Shown: positions 58,101 to 64,000 of the stretch, piece after piece
How the letters are laid out: every line of letters begins with the position of its first letter
Numbering within the stretch: position 1 is the first letter of the stretch
DNA from: an uncultured Candidatus Micrarchaeota archaeon
GTDB lineage: Archaea > Micrarchaeota > Micrarchaeia > Anstonellales > Bilamarchaeaceae
Direction: 5' to 3'
Assembly (NCBI GenBank): GCA_963714085.1
Contig: OY970229.1
Coordinates: 1,440,001 to 1,504,000, forward strand
DNA: 64,000 nt
Translations under genes and position numbers: made by a program
Notes under the pieces: model-generated
What the model was told of the DNA's origin: nothing
The model's input: the letters and a program-made list of their open reading frames with translations, nothing else
Databases searched by the model: none

Positions 58101-59458
58101 CTGTCCAGCCTCTCTATCTCCTCCATGAGAGAAAGGACTTTCGCGTCCGAGAACCTGCTTCCCAGCACCTGCATGCCTGGCCTGAACTTCCCTGCCTTGC
58201 CGAATGGCACGCTGCCCGCGGGTATGCCCGCCAGGTTGGCCGGCACGGTGAGTATGTCCGCCAGGTACATCTCCAGCGGGTTGGTCATCTTCTCCCCTAT
58301 CTTCCAGGGCAGCACGCTCATGGTCGGGCCGAGCAGCAGGTCATGCTTGGATAAAGCGTTCTCCATCGCCTTCTTCAGCACCGCCCTGGCTTTCAGCGTC
58401 TTTCCGTACCAGGCGTCCTGGTATTCCTTGGTGGTTATGAAAGTGCCGAGAAGTATCCTCCGCTTCACTTCCAGCCCGAACTTGTCGCCGCGCAGCCCGC
58501 TCACGTCTTCCACCATATTCTCCAGCTCGCGGTCTAATTTCCCGTATCTCAAGCCGTCGTATTTCTGCATGGCGCTGGAGAACTCCGCGAACACCGTAAG
58601 ATAATAAATCGGTATCGCATGCTTGAGCTCTGGTATGGAAATCTCGGAAATTGAATATCCGTTCTTCTTCAGCTTTCCAGTGAGCGAATGGAAACAATCG
58701 AGTATGCGCTCGTCCGCGCCCTCGAGGAATTCCTTGGGAACGGCTATGGACGGCTTGCCCTTGAATGAGAGATCAACGGTCTTCGGGGTCAGCGCGGTCG
58801 CCTGGTCGCGCTCGTCGCTCCCGCCTATGACCGAGAGCATGAGCCGGACATCGGAGACGTTCCTCGCGAGAGGTCCTATCTGGTCAAGGCTCATGGCCAT
58901 GTCCGCGAGCCCGTACCTGGAAACCAGACCGTAGGTCGGCTTCATGCCCGCAACGCCGCAGAAAGAGGCAGGGCATCTTATGGAGCCCCCTGTGTCAGAG
59001 CCTAAGGCGATGTCGGCGAATCCCGCGGCTACCGAAGCCGCGCTTCCGCCGCTGCTCCCTCCCGGGACGCATTCATGGTCAAGCGGGTTCCTGGTCTTCA
59101 TGATCGCGCTGTTCGTGGTGTCGCTGCCGCAGGCGAACTCGTCCAGGTTCGCGCTCCCTATGATTATCCCGTCTTCTGCCTCGATGCGCTCGACCACCGT
59201 GGCATTGTAGGGCGCGACGTAGTTCTCGAGCATCTTCGAGCCGCAGGTGAGACGCTTCCCGCTGTAAGCTATGATGTTCTTCACGGCGATGAATTTCCCG
59301 GCGAGATGGCCGAGCCTCTTCCCGGAAGCGGCTTTCGCGTCGAGCGCTTTCGCCTTGGCTAACGCTTCCTTCTCGTATACCTCTATGAACGCTCCTATTT
59401 TCCCGTTTTCCCTCTTGATTTTCTCAAGCAGGCCGGAGACGCGCTGGGTGTATTCCAT
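58097..59458 (-). CDS. gatA: Asp/Glu-tRNA amidotransferase subunit A
   Basis: PGGSSGGS, GSDTGGSIR.PA and EVKRRILLG. Confidence 0.96.
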   Translation of the reverse strand: MEYTQRVSGLLEKIKRENGKIGAFIEVYEKEALAKAKALDAKAASGKRLGHLAGKFIAVKNIIAYSGKRLTCGSKMLENYVAPYNATVVERIEAEDGIIIGSANLDEFACGSDTTNSAIMKTRNPLDHECVPGGSSGGSAASVAAGFADIALGSDTGGSIRCPASFCGVAGMKPTYGLVSRYGLADMAMSLDQIGPLARNVSDVRLMLSVIGGSDERDQATALTPKTVDLSFKGKPSIAVPKEFLEGADERILDCFHSLTGKLKKNGYSISEISIPELKHAIPIYYLTVFAEFSSAMQKYDGLRYGKLDRELENMVEDVSGLRGDKFGLEVKRRILLGTFITTKEYQDAWYGKTLKARAVLKKAMENALSKHDLLLGPTMSVLPWKIGEKMTNPLEMYLADILTVPANLAGIPAGSVPFGKAGKFRPGMQVLGSRFSDAKVLSLMEEIERLDR

Positions 59459-59462
59459 GCTA

Positions 59463-59747
59463 TCAGTCCATGGATTTGGGCGCTATCAGCAGCCGCCCGT
59501 CCTTGCGGCCGAACTGCGCGACTATCGCGTCGGCCTCCTTGCCCTTGGCAGGGCTGTCCTGCCTCCTGCTTCCCGAGCCGCCACCGACGTAGAAGAGCGG
59601 CTCCCCACCGGAGCCCAGCTCGCTTATGCTCGAGAAATATTCGAAAATTGCGGAGAACTCGGCCTCGAGCCTGGAGATCTCTGCTTCGCTGAGCCTCACC
59701 CTGGAGAGTTCGGCCATCTTCTTGACCAGGTTCTTGTCTATCTTCAT
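59463..59747 (-). CDS. gatC: Asp/Glu-tRNA amidotransferase subunit C
   Basis: V.K.A.LSR..L.E.E, R.D and C-terminal APK; lies between aspS and gatA. Confidence 0.88.
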   Translation of the reverse strand: MKIDKNLVKKMAELSRVRLSEAEISRLEAEFSAIFEYFSSISELGSGGEPLFYVGGGSGSRRQDSPAKGKEADAIVAQFGRKDGRLLIAPKSMD

Positions 59748-59758
59748 TTGGATTTCCT

Positions 59759-61084
59759 CTAGGGGTTCATCCTGTGCTTGTCCCTCGGGAACATTATGGC
59801 TTCGCGGATGTTCTCGAGCCCGCAAACCGCCATGGTGAGCCGGTCGAGCCCTATGCTCCAGCCCGCGTGAGGCGGCGCTCCGAGGCGGAACGCGTCGGTA
59901 TAAGATTTGAAGTATTCGGGGTTCATGCCGCGGGCCGCTATCTGCTTCTCCAGCAGGTCCGGGGTGTGGATGCGCTGCGCGCCCGAGCATATCTCCATGC
60001 CGCGGTATATGATGTCGTAGGACTTGCAGAGCTTGGGATTGTCCTCATAAGGCATGGAGTAGAACGCCCTCACCGAAGTGGGATAGTCCTTGACTATGAG
60101 CGCCTCGCTTTTCACAAGCTCGCACATCTTCGCCTCCTGCTCCTTGGAGAAATCATGGCCGAAGCGTATCTTGTCCCCGGCTGCTGAGAGCCTCTCCACC
60201 AGCTCGGTGTAAGTGAGCACCGGAATCTGCGCCGGAAGCACGAACTCCTTCCCCAGGACCTTGAAATCAGCGCCGTTCTTCTCCTTCAAGCGCGCGAGCA
60301 TGCTGGTGAACACCCGGGACAGTATCGCTATCGCGTCGTCGTTGGTCGCGAACGCCATCTCTATGTCCATCTGGTGTATCTCGTTGATGTGGAACGGGCC
60401 TTCATGTTTTTCGGCCCTGAACACCGGCGTGGTCATGAAGACCCTCTCCATGCCGCCTATCACCGCCAGCTGCTTGTAGAACTGCGGGCTCTGGCCCAGG
60501 AACGCGGGCTTGTCGAAATAGTCCAGCTTGAATAACTGCGCGCCGCCCTCGGTCGCGGTGGATACTATGCACGCCGGGTTTATCTCCTCGAATCCGAGCT
60601 GCAATAGCACTTCCCTGAAGCCCGTCTCCAGCGACGCGCGGATGTTGAACACCGCCCTTGTCTTGGCGCACCTGAAATCCAGGGAGCGGTTGTCCAGCCG
60701 GACGTTGAGGCCCGGCTCGTTCTTCTGGTCCGGATAGAAGGCGGGGGTCTGGTAGACCTTGCCCAGGACGGTTATGCTCTCGGCCTCCAGCTCTATGCCA
60801 TTCGGAGCCCTGGAGTCCTTCTTTATCTTCCCTTTGACCTGTATCGTGGATTCGCGCTCGAGTTTCTCCTCGAGCTTGAAGGGCACCTTGATCTGCAGCC
60901 TCCCGCTCCCGTCCCTGAGGGTGACGAATGCCAGCGCGCCCATCTCCCTCACGCCATGCACCCAGCCGGCCACGGTGACGGTCCTGCCGTCGTCCTTCTC
61001 GCCTATCTCCGACAGGTAGCGCTCCTTCATCGAAGTGGACGTGGCCAGCTTGGCTGTCGGGTCTTCCTGCGAATAGTCTGACAT
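59759..61084 (-). CDS. aspS: Archaeal-type aspartyl-tRNA synthetase, probably non-discriminating
   Basis: AGWV, TEGG, QSPQ.YKQ, FRAE, SGAQR, PPHAG..IG.DR and FPRD; co-transcribed with gatCAB. Confidence 0.95.
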   Translation of the reverse strand: MSDYSQEDPTAKLATSTSMKERYLSEIGEKDDGRTVTVAGWVHGVREMGALAFVTLRDGSGRLQIKVPFKLEEKLERESTIQVKGKIKKDSRAPNGIELEAESITVLGKVYQTPAFYPDQKNEPGLNVRLDNRSLDFRCAKTRAVFNIRASLETGFREVLLQLGFEEINPACIVSTATEGGAQLFKLDYFDKPAFLGQSPQFYKQLAVIGGMERVFMTTPVFRAEKHEGPFHINEIHQMDIEMAFATNDDAIAILSRVFTSMLARLKEKNGADFKVLGKEFVLPAQIPVLTYTELVERLSAAGDKIRFGHDFSKEQEAKMCELVKSEALIVKDYPTSVRAFYSMPYEDNPKLCKSYDIIYRGMEICSGAQRIHTPDLLEKQIAARGMNPEYFKSYTDAFRLGAPPHAGWSIGLDRLTMAVCGLENIREAIMFPRDKHRMNP

Positions 61085-61156
61085 AACGATTGTTCACCTA
61101 TTAGCAGGGGATATCTCTTACCAAATATTTTTAATTGCCTAGGCACGGGGAACCTG

Positions 61157-62107
61157 TCATTCCTTTCTCTGCTGCATGGCCCGGGTCATGTTCTTGGCTG
61201 CTATCATGTCGTCCGTCATCTCCATGAGGTCGTCAACGTACTCCGCTATGCGTATGCACCTCTCCAGCACGCCCCTGGTCGCATCCCGTTTCTTCCGGTT
61301 CTCCTCTTTGTCGGATTGCGAATAGAGCCTGGCAAGCTTCCTCTTGCATTCGCTGTTCAGGTCGTGCAGCTCCTCAGGCGAGGCCTCGGCGAAGAAGTTA
61401 TCCATCACCTTCTCGTAGACCGACCCTATCAGGGAAAGAGCCTCGGTCGTCTGCCTGCTGTCGCTCCCCCCCGGGAGCTCCTTGGCGATCCCCTCCGCAT
61501 GGTCGGATATCCGCTCTATGCTTTTCGCGGCCAGGGCCTTGCTTATGGTGAGGGCAGGCCTCATATTCTCCATGCTGAGCGCCCGGAGCAATAATATATA
61601 GAGCCGGTCTATCTCCTTCTCGCGCCTCTCGACCTCGTCCTTCAGCTCGGTCTCCCCTTCCTTCATGCGGGAGCAGAGCTGTATGAGCGTGAGGCAGCCG
61701 GTGTGCATGCGCCTGAGCAGGGCGTCTATGCCTATGTTCTTGTCCTTGTAGAAGATGTCCAGCGTTATCTCGTCGCTCTTCTCCTCGGATATCTCCACGC
61801 CGCTGAGCAGCAGCCTCGCCTCCTCGGCCACGGTCGCGCTGTTGTCCCCCTTGAGCACGATCCTGTTCGCGCCGGCCAGGTAGGCGGCTATGATCCTCTG
61901 CAGGCTCTTCTCCACGTTCTTCGAGTTGTTTATGCGGGCCACGTAGTCCTCGTTCCTGGACCTCATGCTTATCGTGAGCGAGGCGTCCTCATTCTCGCTG
62001 ATGGCCGCCTCTGTCCCGGCCTTTATGCCGTTCCTGTCCGCCCAGCTCTTGGGCAGCGATATTATGTACGTCGATTTCCCGGTCTTCTGGATCCTGCGGT
62101 ATTCCAT
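61157..62107 (-). CDS. phoU: AbrB-PhoU phosphate uptake regulator
   Basis: RRIQKTG.STYIISLPK.W, IIAAYL.G, E.EIDRLY and ERI.DH. Confidence 0.88.
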   Translation of the reverse strand: MEYRRIQKTGKSTYIISLPKSWADRNGIKAGTEAAISENEDASLTISMRSRNEDYVARINNSKNVEKSLQRIIAAYLAGANRIVLKGDNSATVAEEARLLLSGVEISEEKSDEITLDIFYKDKNIGIDALLRRMHTGCLTLIQLCSRMKEGETELKDEVERREKEIDRLYILLLRALSMENMRPALTISKALAAKSIERISDHAEGIAKELPGGSDSRQTTEALSLIGSVYEKVMDNFFAEASPEELHDLNSECKRKLARLYSQSDKEENRKKRDATRGVLERCIRIAEYVDDLMEMTDDMIAAKNMTRAMQQRKE

Positions 62108-62313
62108 TTTTCCACCTTTCATATAGAAGAGCTTACGATATATATTCCTATAGTCATAACTATATTCTATATGGCTTAGGTATATAAGCACTCCCCAGGC
62201 TCTCATTCCTCGGGGATGATAAAAATGGAAGAATATACTAGGAACATATGGGAGTTCATCGGGATCTGGAACGGCGAAAGCTCGAGGGACTGGTTCTGCA
62301 AGGTCGATGGGGA

Positions 62314-62613
62314 ATGAGCAAAGCAATCGAGCTGATGCTGGAAGAGCTGGAGGTCACGAGCAGGGAGGCGTCGCTGTATGTCGCCCTGCTGGAGAGCAGG
62401 AGGGCGGACATCCGTGCCGTGGCGAAGAAAGCGGGCCTCGGGCGGGCCGAGGCCATGGCAGCGCTGGAGCGACTCGTGGAAAAGGACCTCGTGCGCCGCA
62501 GTCTGAAGGACGACATGGTCGAATACACCGCGAAGGACCCGGTCGAGCTCAAAGTGATGCTCAAGAAGAAGAATCTCCTGTCCCTGCTCTTCAATTCGAA
62601 CTGCCTCTTGTGA
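62314..62613 (+). CDS. TrmB-like winged HTH protein
   Basis: L..REA.LY.ALL, L.RL.EK.LV and Y.A..P. Confidence 0.8.
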   Translation: MSKAIELMLEELEVTSREASLYVALLESRRADIRAVAKKAGLGRAEAMAALERLVEKDLVRRSLKDDMVEYTAKDPVELKVMLKKKNLLSLLFNSNCLL

Positions 62614-62699
62614 GCCTAGCGCGCATCTTTCAATCGGCGCAATACTCGGGATGATGAAATGGAACGATGGTTCTGCAGAGGCGAAGGGAAATGAGCGAA

Positions 62700-62848
62700 A
62701 GGTTCGTGGTGCCTGGCGAGTTCGAGCTCAGCAAAGAGCCTCCGCATACACCTCTTTTCTGGAAAACCGGCTCGAAACCGTGGCGAAGGAAGCGCGTCCC
62801 GGGCGTCCAGACGCCATGGCAGCGCTGGAAAGACTGATTGTAAAATAG
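62700..62848 (+). pseudogene. Degenerate truncated duplicate of the TrmB-like gene
   Basis: ASAYTSFLENR..VAKEA..GRPDAMAALERLIVK versus ASLYVALLESR..VAKKA..GRAEAMAALERLVEK. Confidence 0.6.
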
Positions 62849-62907
62849 CTTCGTGGTTATTGATTAAGTGATATGTTTAATAACCGTTTTCCACACACCA
62901 TAACCCT

Positions 62908-64000
62908 ATGGACGATCCGGAAAGGAGCGGGATTCTCGCGTTCGCATACTGCATGGGGGAGTTCCAGACCAGGGACCTCGGGCAGGTCTACGAGCCGCTT
63001 TCCACCACCCCTGCCGGGAAAGTCCTGTTCCAGATCGGCGTCGGGCGGAAAGCGAGAAAGGAGATAACCGAATTGCTCGCGGCCGTGCTGGAAGCGAACC
63101 CCTCGGTGGTCCATCTGTCGGGCGGCACCTATAGCAGGGCGGGTCGCCTGCAATCCATGCTCAAAGACGACAAAGCAGTGGTAAGCGAAGCGGCGAGGAA
63201 GTGGTTCGCGAGGATACCCCCGGAACTGGTCAGGATCGTGATCGAATGCGGGCGCAATATCCTCAACGGGCCGGACTCGTCATGGGCCGTGGTCGGCCTG
63301 CCCGAGGATGTGAGGGCGGCCAAAGCGGATTACCAGCCGGTCATCGCGAACATTGAGACGGCGGCCTGCAACCGGGGATGCGGGCACTGCTCCAACATGG
63401 CTACGGAGCGCCTGGCCAATATCAGCTTCGATGGGATGATCAGGGGATTCGAGATTCTGCCCCCGTCCGCCGACGGCGTGTGTTTCGCCTACGGCGAGCC
63501 CTTCGGGTTGACGGACATCTACCAGGGAAAGAGGGTTAACCTGGGCCACGCGGTCGGATATCTTCTGGAGAAGTTCCCGGACATGAAGCGCGTTCGTATC
63601 GTGACATCCGGGATCAACTTCGCGGACCCGCTGGAAGCAGGCGCCGCCGAAGTCCTCTCAGGGATCAGGGACGAGTGGAAACAGCGCGTCATGTTCGCCG
63701 TAAGCCTGAGCGACTATCCGCATTTCGGGCTCAGGGGCAAGGCTGAAGCCGCGAGGAAAGTGCAATTGGACACCGTCCGGTTCGTACTTGAGAACGGGTT
63801 CTGGTTGTGGTTCAACTCCTTCCTCGAGCCCAAACAGTCAGTGTCGGAGATAGTCATGCCTCTCTGTGACGGGCTGTTCCCGCGGTTGGATCCGGATGAG
63901 ATCAAGATGTTCTCGCTTGAGCCCTTCATAAGAACCAAGGTCGATCTGCGTGGAAGGGCGGGAGCACGGGCCCGGAGATATTCCCCTGACGCTCCGGCCC
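62908..64000 (+). CDS. Radical SAM protein (partial, runs off the window; absent from the ORF track)
   Basis: Open frame from ATG 62908 with CNRGCGHC (CxxxCxxC) at about 63367-63390, then YGEPF and VTSG. Confidence 0.8.
   Translation, partial: MDDPERSGILAFAYCMGEFQTRDLGQVYEPLSTTPAGKVLFQIGVGRKARKEITELLAAVLEANPSVVHLSGGTYSRAGRLQSMLKDDKAVVSEAARKWFARIPPELVRIVIECGRNILNGPDSSWAVVGLPEDVRAAKADYQPVIANIETAACNRGCGHCSNMATERLANISFDGMIRGFEILPPSADGVCFAYGEPFGLTDIYQGKRVNLGHAVGYLLEKFPDMKRVRIVTSGINFADPLEAGAAEVLSGIRDEWKQRVMFAVSLSDYPHFGLRGKAEAARKVQLDTVRFVLENGFWLWFNSFLEPKQSVSEIVMPLCDGLFPRLDPDEIKMFSLEPFIRTKVDLRGRAGARARRYSPDAPA

Noticed and set aside
56721..61084. aspS-gatCAB operon as a novel system
   Set aside because: Standard indirect Asn-tRNA pathway
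1..64000. CRISPR array, cas genes, transposase, integrase or reverse transcriptase
   Set aside because: No regularly spaced repeats or recognisable motifs were seen; the archaemetzincin promoter repeats are separated by whole genes

Overview
A 64-kb, GC-rich archaeal chromosomal segment. The archaeal origin follows from aRF1, aEF-1alpha, aIF5A, S24e/S27ae, L41e, P0/P1, Rpp21, Hjc, NMD3, type-2 IDI and TATA-box, often leaderless promoters. The gene set and S-layer-like protein suggest a DPANN (Micrarchaeota-like) organism, which is inference. Housekeeping genes (uL11, uL1-P0-P1-Sm-tuf, aspS-gatCAB, kae1, glmS, glnA, fni, GGPP synthase, tRNA-Lys) alternate with single accessory genes. Main observations: (1) three accessory single-gene cassettes are each flanked by a duplicate of the 3' end of the neighbouring core gene (DUF63, tRNA-Lys, kae1), the kae1 duplicate differs only at synonymous sites, and no integrase is in view; (2) a tandem array of five archaemetzincin-like paralogs shares one promoter design and only one keeps HExxH; (3) a LAGLIDADG intein sits immediately after the GGQ motif of aRF1, next to a second intein in glmS; (4) a divergent long RelA/SpoT-like protein lies beside a membrane Ser/Thr kinase; (5) a ThrRS editing domain is fused to a SAM methyltransferase; (6) smaller items include a tandem GntR-like HTH repeat protein, a frameshifted S-layer-like lipoprotein, a candidate DGR-target-like gene, and an L41e gene and a radical SAM gene missed by the ORF track. 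All calls come from motif recognition by eye and no database searches were run.
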